A DNA stretch of 64,000 nucleotides from Phoronis australis (Eukaryota > Animalia > Phoronida), in contig NMRA01000047.1 in the NCBI GenBank assembly GCA_002633005.1, positions 1,079,326 through 1,143,325 on the forward strand, given 5' to 3'. Below, in pieces: positions 35,500-45,992 of this stretch. Numbering within the stretch: the first letter of the stretch is position 1; every line of letters starts with the position of its first letter. The notes under the pieces were generated by a model, which saw only the letters and a list, made by a program, of their open reading frames with translations, had not been told where the DNA came from and did not search any database. Made by a program: the position numbers and the translations under genes.

Positions 35500-37698
35500 T
35501 CAATACATAACACGAATAAAAAAGCTTTCTTCTTAAGAAATTGTGCCAACAACATTTTTTTTAGATACAGTGTGCTTCTCATGGTGTTTTTAGTATCATA
35601 AAATTGGCCACTAGATGGCGCAGAATAAATCAAACTTGCCCGAAAATGGGAAAGGGTCGTTGTCTCTCTATTACAAAAACATTTGTAAAATTTCATGAAA
35701 ATTCAACTAGGAGCTCCAAAGATACAAAGACATTATGTTAAAGAAACAAAATTGAAATTAGAAGGCACATGGGCAGTCATATCCATCCATCTATTGTCAA
35801 GTAAATAGGAATAGACTTGCCAAAAACATGGTCTTGCAGAGGCAAGGTAGATACAGTCGCAGATGGGGATATAATGTCACTAGGGGGCACCACACTAGTT
35901 GAACCCATCCACGCCAGTTATACTCATGTCAGAAGGAACACATCACACAATTTTCACAACGATCCTCAGAGCGGTTTGGCAGATGCGGAAGTAGACGGCA
36001 AACAGCAGACTCAAAAGTAATTGTCATGGCCACTAGGTGATGCAGAATACGGTGAATCCATCACAAACTGGAAAGGTGCTATCATATTCACAATTGAAAA
36101 TTTCTTGCAAAATTTCAAAATATTCACCAAGGAACATACATAGAAGATATATAGACAAAGGTAAAAAATAAATTGCTACTGCAGGCACGACAGTAGTCAG
36201 AACCATCTAAAAAGTCATGGGCAGCTATTGTCACATCTATAGGGAAAAATGGAGAAGTTCACAAACATCATGCGAAAACATCAGGACCTACAGCCATGAT
36301 TGCAAAAAAATACAAAATCACCACTAAGGGATGCCACAGGTGTCAGGTCCGTCAAAAATCAATGTCAGCCATAGTGTGCTCATCAGGAACACAACTGCTA
36401 TGACTCATAACAATCCTTTAAGCAGTTTGGCGGATAAAGAGGCAGATACTAAAATACGAGCTCAAAATCATAAAAATGGCCACTAAGTGGTGCAAATCAT
36501 GTTGAATCTGTCCGAAAATGGAAAGGCATAGTTGTCACCTTAACAGAAATCTATTTGCCATGTTTAAGAACAATTCATCAACGAACTCCAAAGATACAGA
36601 GGCAAACAAAAAACAGCCACTGGGGGACACACCTGTGGTCAGACTGGTCTGAAACTTGTCGTCCTCTCTTATCATTTCTAAAGGAACATATCAGCCACAT
36701 TTCACAAAGATCCTCAAAGAGTTAAGGAGATACAGCCATGGACGCAAAAAATGCCACTAGGGATCCCCATTTAGTAACCAAACCCGTCCGAAAATCACAG
36801 TCGGCTGCGGTCTTCTGATCAGGAAAACAATCTGCAAATTTTGATAATGATCCTTTCAGCAATTTGGCAGATTGGAAGGTGACCATCAAAAATGTACTCA
36901 CACATTTTTAAATTGCCACCAAGTGGTGCAAAATACGTCAGATCCGTTTGAAAATAGGAAGGCACCATCTTCTCTTTAATAGAAACCTATTTTCAAATTT
37001 TCCTGAAAATCCATCAAGGAACTCGTAAGACAAGAGGCAAACGAAAAAATAAAAAAACTGCCACTAGGAGGCACACCTGTAATCGGACTGGTCTTAAACT
37101 CATCATCATTCGTTATCATCTTCACAGGAACATATTTGCCACATTTCACAAAGTTCCTAGGAAGAGTTAAGGAAATACAGCCACAGTACTCGAGCCTATC
37201 CAAAAATCAGTGACAGCCGCGGTCTCATCAGCAGCACATATATAGGCCTTTTGCTGAATTTTGTGAAAATCCGTCAAGGAAGATACTGAGGCAAACATAA
37301 AAAATAAAACTGCCACTAGGGGCAAAGTGGTAGTTGAATCGGTCCAAAACTCGTAGCTGTCTGTCATCATCTTGGTAGGAAATTAAATGATTCAGTTTTT
37401 GACCACAATAAGATTAAAAACCGGACGATTGCCGCACAAATAAAAAAGTTCATGTTCAATTCAACATTTCGTCTTTTCATTAGACATCATCAGGATCATA
37501 TTTACAACAATTTAGGACAACAAGTGCCAACATACAGCTCAGGTAACATCCATAGAGAGAACACATCTGCCAAATCTTACTATGATGCTGCAAGAGGTTT
37601 AGGAGACACAGCCATGGACGCCAGACACCAGACGCCCAGACACCCAGACAGAGATGACGGCAATATGCACCCACATATAAATATATGGGTGCATAAAT
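35500..37698 (+). mobile_element. HINE-like element with ~145-bp tandem units each carrying a CTCF-like motif (array 1)
   Basis: About 12 GCCACTAG-type motifs at regular spacing from 35605 to 37326, CAGAC microsatellite and terminal hairpin at 37664-37695; 5' boundary approximate. Confidence 0.7.
37392..37536 (-). mobile_element. Hammerhead-bearing dispersed repeat, copy 3
   Basis: Minus strand GAUC-CUGAUGA-U-GUCU-aaugaaa-AGAC-GAAA-UG-UU-GAAU at ~37459-37497; inserted in array 1. Confidence 0.7.
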
Positions 37699-38412
37699 CC
37701 TGATTTTCTCTCTGTGACCTTAGAAATGACCTTAAAAATTATGTCACCGTCACCAAAATCGACTGAAACCTGCAGGTACCCCCCCCTTCACCTCAGTACA
37801 AAATACAAGCAAAATCGAAAGCTTTGTTCCTCAAATACTGAGCCAAAATTGTGTGATGTACGGACACTGGGATATACATATGGACGGACGGACAGTCGTG
37901 AATATTATGTTCCCCGCTTTGTGCTAACACATGGCGGGGGACAAATACAGCGTTTTTAACTAATCAGTACAGAAAGTAGTAAAATATGCAATATGGAACC
38001 ACATTTTACCACCAAAACTTTATTGAAAACCAACCAACCAATGAGAAAACGGAAACAACCACAACAAAACTCAAGCTTTTGTCGCTCTGGAGAAAACCTC
38101 TAAACCAACAGCCAAAGACGATGGCAACATGCTGTAAAATCATCTAGCTCATCACCATTTTGATCGCTTCAAGCTCAATGACTCATAAATCTGATGCTTT
38201 TCAATTGCAGTTACTATTTCTTGGTTACAGTCCAACACATACACAAATGTGATACATAAATTCAGCCAAATGATCTAAAGCTATACAAAACATTGTAATT
38301 TACCTCTGCATTGAAAACGACTTTCTATTGAGGCTCAGTGAGTACAAATTCATTTCCAATAAGGATAGTCAATCTTTTCTCATACACACGCGCACACACA
38401 AACAAAGCCTAC

Positions 38413-38673
38413 CTTTCTGTGGCGCCACCTTGTGCTGGTGGATGTGATCCATAGAGCCCAGACCCCCGCTGAACATGATTGGTTTGATCCACTCGCGTCG
38501 CTCACCATCGGCCATCTTCATGCCGAAAGATCGCGCGAACCCTGCCAAGACAGGCTCACCAAACTTATTGCCATAGTCCGACGCCCCACTGCTGGCCTCA
38601 ATAGCAATCTCAAGGGGTGAGGCAAAGTTTGGAGGATGAGGTAGGGACAGGTCATCCCATGGCTGTAGGAAAC
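38413..38673 (-). CDS. PFAS: PFAS coding exon 8
   Basis: ASPLEIAIEASSGASDYGNKFGEPVLAGFARSFG...RREWIKPIMFSGG; acceptor ttgtag, donor gtaggc; 261 nt, phase 1/1. Confidence 0.96.
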
Positions 38674-39457
38674 CTACAAGATGCAAGTAATAAATCGCTG
38701 AGAAGTATTTCATTGAATGTGAATGATTTCGGGTTAGTTTCCTGAAAGCAACAGGAACTTGAAACAGAAGTCATGGCCATAACCCCAAACACATGGAAAT
38801 TTCTTTGATGTAGTTCTCTGGGGCAGTATTTTAGAGAATATAAAATACACACTGTTCAAAAGAACAAAACGCAACAATTTGAATTCTTTCAAATCCTGCA
38901 AAGTTCTCGCAACCGGTTCCTAATCTATTTTTCTGCACACAATCTTCTTTGGGACAGCCTTATTTTCTATACTTATCAAGAGAGAGGTCACATGAGCTGC
39001 AGACTGACAGTACTAATTGCAATACTACTACAACAGTTGTCTGAGAATTCACCGGAAAATCAGCTACCTTGTAGACAGTCTCAGAGCACACGCACGAAAC
39101 AAGGTAAAACCAAACAGAAAATGGTGTAGAAACATTGAGGTACAGTATATACCAAAAGTATTCAGACAAAATGACTCCATTAAGATGGCCGGGCGAAGGC
39201 GAATTTATCGTTAGTGTAGCCTTCCCTAACGACCAAGAATGAATGGGAATTAACCAGAAAGTTAGAAACATGGCTAGGTCATTACAGTTTTTCTGAGGCA
39301 ATGGTTATTACTAGCCATTTTTGCTGTTAAAAGACTTTGCCGTCTTGGCGGAGAAACAGTATTTTGTCTGATCACTTTTGTCTTCTACTGTAACTCCTGA
39401 AACGGGTCAAGTAACATTACATTGCTAAAAATGTGAACGGCAGTTAATTTACAGCAC

Positions 39458-39586
39458 CTGGAATGTTTAAGTTGCCAAAGCAGTAGCCAGCTGTCCCCGC
39501 GACAACATGGGCCCCAATACCGGTCGCCTGGACGTCACGGATACGGCCACCCGTACCTGTAGTTGCGCCTGGGAATGGGGCGACAC
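39458..39586 (-). CDS. PFAS: PFAS coding exon 7 (absent from the ORF track)
   Basis: Manual translation [43 protein letters not shown] (glycine-rich loop); acceptor caccag, donor gtgctg; 129 nt, phase 1/1. Confidence 0.95.
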
Positions 39587-40056
39587 CTGGTGTGGAAAGA
39601 TCAAAAGAACATCAGAGCTTCAGACGTCAGTAAATTGGGACAAAAATTGACCTTTTTTATTTTTAAAAGGCTTATTGCATTGCTGCAGAAGCTCCAAATT
39701 TCATGAAATCTTGTTTAGTGACAAGCATGTTATCAATAAAGTCAAATTTTCTTAAATAATTTTAGAGCGAAAGTTGACAAATGAAATCACTTATCTGGAA
39801 TAAAGTGTGCCAAACTGAAGAATTATAAGGGCTGTTCCAGCAAAGTCTGCGTGGGAGGGAGGGGGAAGGCAACTGAAATAAAAATGTATGGGTGGTTGCG
39901 TTTGATTTAAATTCAAAATGGCTGGTGGTCGTACTTCAAAAAAATTAAAATTTACAGGTCATTGTTGTTTCATTGGGCCATAAATGTTTGATGGTGGGTA
40001 ATTTTAGTAAATTTTATAAACAATCCGCACAGAATCAAAAACTGAAACAAAAATGC

Positions 40057-40407
40057 NNNNNNNNNNNNNNNNNNNNNNNNNNNNNNNNNNNNNNNNNNNN
40101 NNNNNNNNNNNNNNNNNNNNNNNNNNNNNNNNNNNNNNNNNNNNNNNNNNNNNNNNNNNNNNNNNNNNNNNNNNNNNNNNNNNNNNNNNNNNNNNNNNNN
40201 NNNNNNNNNNNNNNNNNNNNNNNNNNNNNNNNNNNNNNNNNNNNNNNNNNNNNNNNNNNNNNNNNNNNNNNNNNNNNNNNNNNNNNNNNNNNNNNNNNNN
40301 NNNNNNNNNNNNNNNNNNNNNNNNNNNNNNNNNNNNNNNNNNNNNNNNNNNNNNNNNNNNNNNNNNNNNNNNNNNNNNNNNNNNNNNNNNNNNNNNNNNN
40401 NNNNNNN
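40057..40407. other. Assembly gap (N run)
   Basis: 351 consecutive N; ORFs spanning it are artefacts. Confidence 1.
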
Positions 40408-41090
40408 AGAGGCAAATACTAAAATTGCCACTAGAGGCATACCGGTAGTCAGAATCATCCTAAAGTCGTCATCGTCCGTTGTCAACATCACATAAATACA
40501 CTTGCTAAATTTAGTAAAGATCCTGCAAACGGTTTGGGAGATACAGCCATGGGCGCAAAAAAAACAAAACTGCCACTAGGAGGCGCCACAGTAGTCCAAA
40601 TCGTCTGAAAATCGTTGTCAGCTGTCTTCCTGATAGTAAGCACATACACGGCAATTTTCACAATCATCCTTTGAGCGGTTTGGTTGATAGAGGGGTGGAT
40701 GCACAAAAACAGACTCGAAAACACTAAACATGGCCACTAGGTGGTGCAAACTATGTCGAATCCATCTGAAAACGGCAGGATAGCGTCATCTCACTAATAA
40801 GTGCCTACATACCAAATTTCATGAAAATCCGTTCAGGACTTTTGAAGATACAAAGGTAAGCGTAAAAAACTAAAATTGCCACTAGGGGGCACACCGGGAG
40901 TCGGATTTGTCCGAAAGTTCGCACATGCCGTCCCATTCATGAATGGAACATATGTGCCAAATTTCATGAACTTATGTCAAAGGGTTTTGGAGATAGAGCA
41001 GCGGACGCCGGACGCTGCCCGGACAGACGGACGGACGGACAGAGATGACGGCATAATGCGTCCACATATAAATATGTGGGCGCATAAAAA
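40408..41090 (+). mobile_element. HINE-like CTCF-motif array element, copy 2 (5' part lost in the gap)
   Basis: Motifs at 40426, 40571, 40731 and 40877; GGAC/AGAC microsatellite; terminal hairpin ATGCGTCCACATAT-AA-ATATGTGGGCGCAT at 41056-41085, same end as array 1. Confidence 0.75.
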
Positions 41091-41410
41091 TTACGGGTGG
41101 TAGGCTGAAGAAATAAATGAAAAATATGGGTGGTGGGTGCGAAAAAAAGGTGTCTTCCCCCCCCTCCCATACAGATTTTACTGGAACAGCCCTAACCGAT
41201 AAAAGCACATTCTGACTGAAATTACACATTTCAAATCAACATCAACACTTTACAAATAGTCAACTTAATCACTTAACAAGGCCAAAACGCCCTTCCACAC
41301 ATTATCCGATTGCCAACGCTGCGATGTGAGTGGATGTCACTTCTCACTCATCCACATAATACACAAAGGCCAATTCCACATAAAATATTCACCAAGACTT
41401 ATCACCCCAC

Positions 41411-41538
41411 CTGTTGGAAAATTGTGAGTCTCCGCTGTCAAGATGGCATGGCGGGTGATATCAGTGACTTTGGAGAATCGACTCGCCGTGGCTGGATTCT
41501 CGGGGTAGAGGAGTGACACTGGGAATCCTTGAATGGCA
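41411..41538 (-). CDS. PFAS: PFAS coding exon 6
   Basis: SAIQGFPV...RHAILTAETHNFPTG (conserved ETHNFPT motif); phase 2/1. Confidence 0.95.
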
Positions 41539-41870
41539 CTACAAGTCAAATACAGTAAATAGCACCAAGTTTTCATCAGCAACACCAACCAACATGATTT
41601 TAATTTTACATAAGAATGTATATTGACATGAACAGCAAAGTGACTTCTCATAACATAAAAAGAATTTTTTAGAGACAGTCATTCTTCCAATAAGATGCAT
41701 CACCAAATATCTATTCTACTGGGTTCCGTCTGCTTCACGAAGCAGGTGAAAGGATTCTTCTCACAATGTTTGAAAAATTAAGGACATAGTAAATCACTAG
41801 GTGGTCGATGACGGGCTTTTCAAATAATGTTTGAAACAATAAGGGGGCAGAAAAGCATCGTTAACCATAC

Positions 41871-42011
41871 CTGCTGTTGTCACAAAACTTGATGACATTG
41901 TTCTGATTGCTATGTTTCTGCGTTTCCATCACCATCTGAAACAATGAGTCATCAGCCTCTTTCCCATCCAAGATCATACGGCCCTTGAAGAACCAGTGAC
42001 GACTGTGCTCA
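41871..42011 (-). CDS. PFAS: PFAS coding exon 5
   Basis: SEHSRHWFFKG...SLFQMVMETQ...NNVIKFCDNS; phase 2/2. Confidence 0.95.
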
Positions 42012-42770
42012 CTGAAACACAAAAAGACCTCCTGAGAAAGAGTGGTGTCAAACATACAGACAAGACAGACAGATTTATTTAGCAAATCCCATACAGTTTA
42101 CCACATACAAAAAGTAAGTAAAACACTAGAACATGAAATAAGCCACAAAAGAGAGAAGCTTCTAATGACTTTTATCCCACGAGCACTGCTTTGAAAAGAA
42201 AATTGTTTCAAACTGAGGTTAAATATAAGCAAGTGCATGTTGAAAGCTGTTTAGACTGACCTGACCTGACCTTCTGCGAAAACACAGACTTTTGACCACT
42301 TGCAGTAATAAAACTGGTCTCAACTGATTCCTTTCTTAGATTAGAACAACACACAGTTTTAAATTGCCAACTACCCGTTTGTTACTACATGAGCCCACGG
42401 TGGGTACATAAAAAGACCCGCTGAGTTAAACCATCATAATGAGTCAGACCTTGAACTATAACGAACTACCATCTTTTCTCAAGCTCAGAAATTGTTTCTA
42501 ATTTTGTGGAAGGAACAATTTCAACCCTTTCTATCATGGCAATTGGTCGAAATCAAATTATTTTTGACAAACGGCTGCTTCACTGCAGCTCCAAGGCTGA
42601 CTCCACGACAGAAAATGATGTCCAAATGGAATGAAGTAATCTTAGTTGTGAACTTGAAGCAACTGAAAGTGAACGTTATCTTCAAGAAGAGTGCATCTGA
42701 CTTAGACCACTTATTGCTATAAAATTGATCAAAACTTGTTCCTCACTCAGATGAGAAGTGATATATCGTT

Positions 42771-42970
42771 CCACAAATAAATAGGCTTGTGTGATAGAAT
42801 TACTTTTCGTGTTGTAAAATTTAACTGAAAGACACACGTTTTTGCATAAATAAAGTCAAAATAATGATAAAACAGAGATGAATAAAGAGGAAACTGGAAA
42901 TCAAATATTAAAGAGGAAATTGAAACCCAAAAAGAGAAAATGCTCTTAAAAGAAGAAAATTACAAGCCCA
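42771..42970. repeat. Dispersed repeat also present at 1-132
   Basis: Shared CCACAAATAAATA...GTGTTGTAAAATTTAA...TTTTGCATAAAT...CTCTTAAAAG...CAAGCCC. Confidence 0.7.
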
Positions 42971-43200
42971 AAAGAACTAATAATTCATTATTCCTTGAGA
43001 CCATGTTCGGCGCATGACATGACAAACCAACTTGTGGTGCCCAGTCACAAGTAATAACAAAGCGTTTGTTGTTTTGAAACTCTGGAATCAACTGCAATTT
43101 GAGACCGATTTCATAACAAAAAGTGATCTGAATCACAAGTTGGGTTTTACGATTAGAAGACAGGTTAAAGGCCAAATCGAATTCATTTTCGATAAACGTT

Positions 43201-43390
43201 AACAGATGGATGTTGTTTGCAAACAACACACCAAACGGCATTATAAAACAGATGGATGCTGTTTGTAAACAACACACCAAACGGCATTATAAAACAGATG
43301 GATGTTGTTTGTAAACAACACACCAAACGGCATTATAAAACAGATGGATGTTGTTTGCAAACAACACACCAAACGGCATTATAAAACAGA
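43201..43390. repeat. 46-bp minisatellite x4 with internal 18-bp palindrome
   Basis: Unit AACAGATGGATGTTGTTTGCAAACAACACACCAAACGGCATTATAA at 43201, 43247, 43293 and 43339. Confidence 0.92.
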
Positions 43391-43501
43391 TTCCCACATA
43401 AAAGTTGTTGATGCTTCATTGTCGTATAGCAACATTCAATCCTGCTTTGTAAGAAATTCGTCTTAAGTTGTTGCCAAGGCAACAGACCACATACAACTCA
43501 C

Positions 43502-43610
43502 CTGTTAGACTGGGCCAGATCAAAGCACTCCACATTGGTCGGGTTTCGTTTGACTTTTTCCCTAAACATGTCCGTGTAATAATCTAGATCCCAATCATCA
43601 AACGCCAAAC
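43502..43610 (-). CDS. PFAS: PFAS coding exon 4
   Basis: GLAFDDWDLDYYTDMF...RNPTNVECFDLAQSN; acceptor tttgcag, donor gtgagt; phase 1/2. Confidence 0.95.
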
Positions 43611-44302
43611 CTGCAAAATACCAAATCATGGGCACAAATCCTAAAAAGAATGAGATGAAAAACAAATTTTTACACAAAAAATGAAACATAGGTTTGTGGA
43701 AAACAAGATTTTTTAGGTTGTTGTGAAAACACATAAAACTTCCCAACTGAGAATTTTCAAAACAGCCCTCCACTTAAAAAAATATCCCCATGGAGCTCAC
43801 TTGTAAACAAGGTTTAAAACAACCCCCATTAGCGCTCCACGAGGATGGTTTTGCATGCCTGGAATAAAGCATGTACATAAAATGGTAAAACAAAGAGATG
43901 TCATTCAACTTAATGACATTTTTGGTCTACAAAAGGACAATAAACAAATTTCAAATTGATCGCAAAATGAATCCTAGCTGGTAGTTCAAGCCCATCACCA
44001 AACAGGGTGTTGCAATTGGCAACATAAGTTTCCAAGACAGCCACACACAACCTTTTCTGAGAGAGCGTTGTGAGAACTTTATGGATGTAAAATCACATCA
44101 CGAAAATGGACGTTTCTGAAAAAGTGATGGAGCTCTTTTTGGAAATCCTTTGTAGCTGCATGATGAAAATATACTTCTAATTTCAATAAGAACAATGACA
44201 CCTGCTGCTAAAATGCAAACACAAATCTAAATGGCTACATCGATACTTTACGAAGCACCACTACAGGTAGCAATGTTAGTTAACTTAAAATTGCCTCTAG
44301 TA

Positions 44303-44392
44303 GGCACAGCACAAGCCTGTAAGGGCACAGCACAAGCCTGTAAAGGCGTAGCACAAGCCTGTAAGGGCGCAACACAAGCCTGTAAGGGCGCA
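44303..44392. repeat. 21-bp minisatellite x4
   Basis: Unit GGCACAGCACAAGCCTGTAAG. Confidence 0.9.
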
Positions 44393-44412
44393 GCCCCTCT
44401 AAGTCACCATAC

Positions 44413-44729
44413 CCATGTCTTTATTGACTTTCTCTAGCGCCGTACGTCCTTGTTCTATAACATCGACTTCATAAACTTCATCAGGCATGTGACTGAGGTC
44501 AAAGGTCGATATGGGCTTGATATAGCGGCACTGTGTCATTCTGTCATGGAGAGCATTGACAATGGCTAGTTCTTCATCTTTTTCAAGAAGAGGCTCATCG
44601 CCGTGGTGGTTGGATGGGGTCAGCTTGATAAGATAGCGGATGGAGTATTCAAAACGAGTCACGTCATGGAGACCGATGGATTGACAGATAGAGACGGCAT
44701 TGGTGGAGAAGGCAGTTGAAAAGTTTAAC
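44413..44729 (-). CDS. PFAS: PFAS coding exon 3
   Basis: LNFSTAFSTNAVSICQSIGL...LHDRMTQCRY...GRTALEKVNKDM; phase 2/1. Confidence 0.95.
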
Positions 44730-45104
44730 CTAACAACAAAAGAAAATGGATGCCATATAAGGTAAATGAAACTATGAGACTCGCACAACAGACAGAACTT
44801 AAATTGACTAAATAAAAACTACCACAAAGATGTGCAAATAAAAGACTAAAACTGCATTTTGTCCTGTTTAGCTGACTAAAAATGAAAAAAAAATCGAATT
44901 AGACTTTTTACTGCCATAAATTAGGTGGCATAAAATTCTTTACTGTGACAGTATCCTATTTCACCGACATGAACATCAAAACCACCAATAACTCAATAAC
45001 ACGCTTCAGACTTTATTGGGGTTCAAAAACCTTAGAATTGGAAACTCTAAAATGGCACCTGTGACTTGAGTTAGTGACGAAGTGGGATCCTATCATTGTA
45101 AGCA

Positions 45105-45192
45105 ATATTACAAGACCAATTTTATGAGAGTAGAAAGCCTAATTCGATTTTTGTTTTTTAGCCAGCTAAACAAGGTGAAACACAGCTTCAAG
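45105..45192. repeat. Short dispersed repeat family (copies ~10050-10117, 18730-18780, 44850-44930, 59690-59770, 62010-62088)
   Basis: Shared AGACCAATTTTATGAGAGTA.AAAGCCTAATT...TTTTAGCCAGCT in both orientations. Confidence 0.7.
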
Positions 45193-45334
45193 GACAGAAC
45201 TGTTTCAGTAGATCGAAACTGGTGAATCAATTGAAGAAAGTTCATTAGATAAAAATTTGCAAAGCACGTTTCAGTTTTACACATTTTTAAAGCATACCAG
45301 GTAAACACAGCAATACGAGCTCAAGCAGGATTAC

Positions 45335-45461
45335 CTGGGACCAATCTCTACAAGAACGGTTGAGCTGCACTCTTGAAGGCAGGTTTCTGTAGACACACCA
45401 TCTTCTTCAAATGGAGTCCTTATCAACCACAGTAACTTCTTCTGTTCACAAGCGGACAGTG
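45335..45461 (-). CDS. PFAS: PFAS coding exon 2
   Basis: LSACEQKKLLWLI...VLVEIGPR; acceptor ccttag, donor gtaatc; phase 1/2. Confidence 0.93.
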
Positions 45462-45835
45462 CTAAGGTGAACGGATGAAATTTTGAACGGAACATTTGGC
45501 TTGGAAGACCCACCACAAATTTCAAAATAATTTGTAAATTCACTGCACAAACTGCAGATTTTGTAACAGCCAATTTCTGTGTAAAGCAGCTTTCAGTTCA
45601 GGCACTTTAACGTATTTAAATTCATGTAATGATTCTAACACACATTAATTATAAATTAAAGGATGCATGTCACCTTCATTATTAGTCGCTTTCAATGACA
45701 ACCACATTTATGAACACCACAACCCGTTTTGTCATGGAATATCGTCAATAGAAACAACCGAAATCTCACGTTCATAGGACTTTCTAACCTTCAAGTTACC
45801 ATTTAAAGCCCCAAATTTACTTATTGGCCACAAAC

Positions 45836-45992
45836 CTGATTCATTGTCACCACTCTTGAGGACGTAGAAGCATAATTCTGTCTCCAGTGACTCTATCTGG
45901 CTGCCTGGAATGACTGACTTCAGCTTAGCAAGCGTGACTGCATGTTGCCCTGTGCTGATACCTGGTCGACGGTAGAACCGAAAGATAGACAT
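45836..45992 (-). CDS. PFAS: PFAS coding exon 1 (start codon; exon begins 9 nt upstream at 46001)
   Basis: MSIFRFYRRPG...SLETELCFYV resembles the animal PFAS N-terminus; acceptor tttctacag, donor gtttgt; 157 nt, phase 1. Confidence 0.9.

Larger units (their letters stand above)
35310..37945 (+). mobile_element. Outer Helentron/HINE (DINE-1-like) element interrupted by the CTCF-array element
   Basis: TGACCTTGAAA...AGGTCA-type units at 35312 and 37712, GGAC microsatellite near 37882, 3' hairpin TCCCCGC...GCGGGGGA at ~37911-37941. Confidence 0.55.
4886..38412 (-). other. ~33.5-kb PFAS intron
   Basis: Exon ending ...APQK-G (38413) joins in phase with GMKVVKLGGP (4885), which are contiguous residues in animal PFAS; no PFAS coding sequence seen in between. 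Confidence 0.9.
39829..41192. mobile_element. PIF/Harbinger-type MITE with TAA target-site duplication, hosting CTCF array 2
   Basis: ~40-bp TIRs GGGCTGTTCCAGCAAAGTCTGCGTGGGAGGG and CCCTCCCATACAGATTTTACTGGAACAGCCC; TAA at 39826-39828 and 41193-41195. Confidence 0.8.

Noticed and set aside
38585-38600. EASSGASDYGNK instead of the EASNGASDYGNK I recall for animal PFAS
   Set aside because: A single substitution in an otherwise intact gene; no basis to claim a functional change.
39970-40491. Long ORFs of 126-173 aa
   Set aside because: They consist mostly of the N gap.
43201-43390. Palindromic repeats superficially like a CRISPR array
   Set aside because: Units are head-to-tail with identical intervening sequence (no unique spacers), no cas genes, and the context is a eukaryotic intron.
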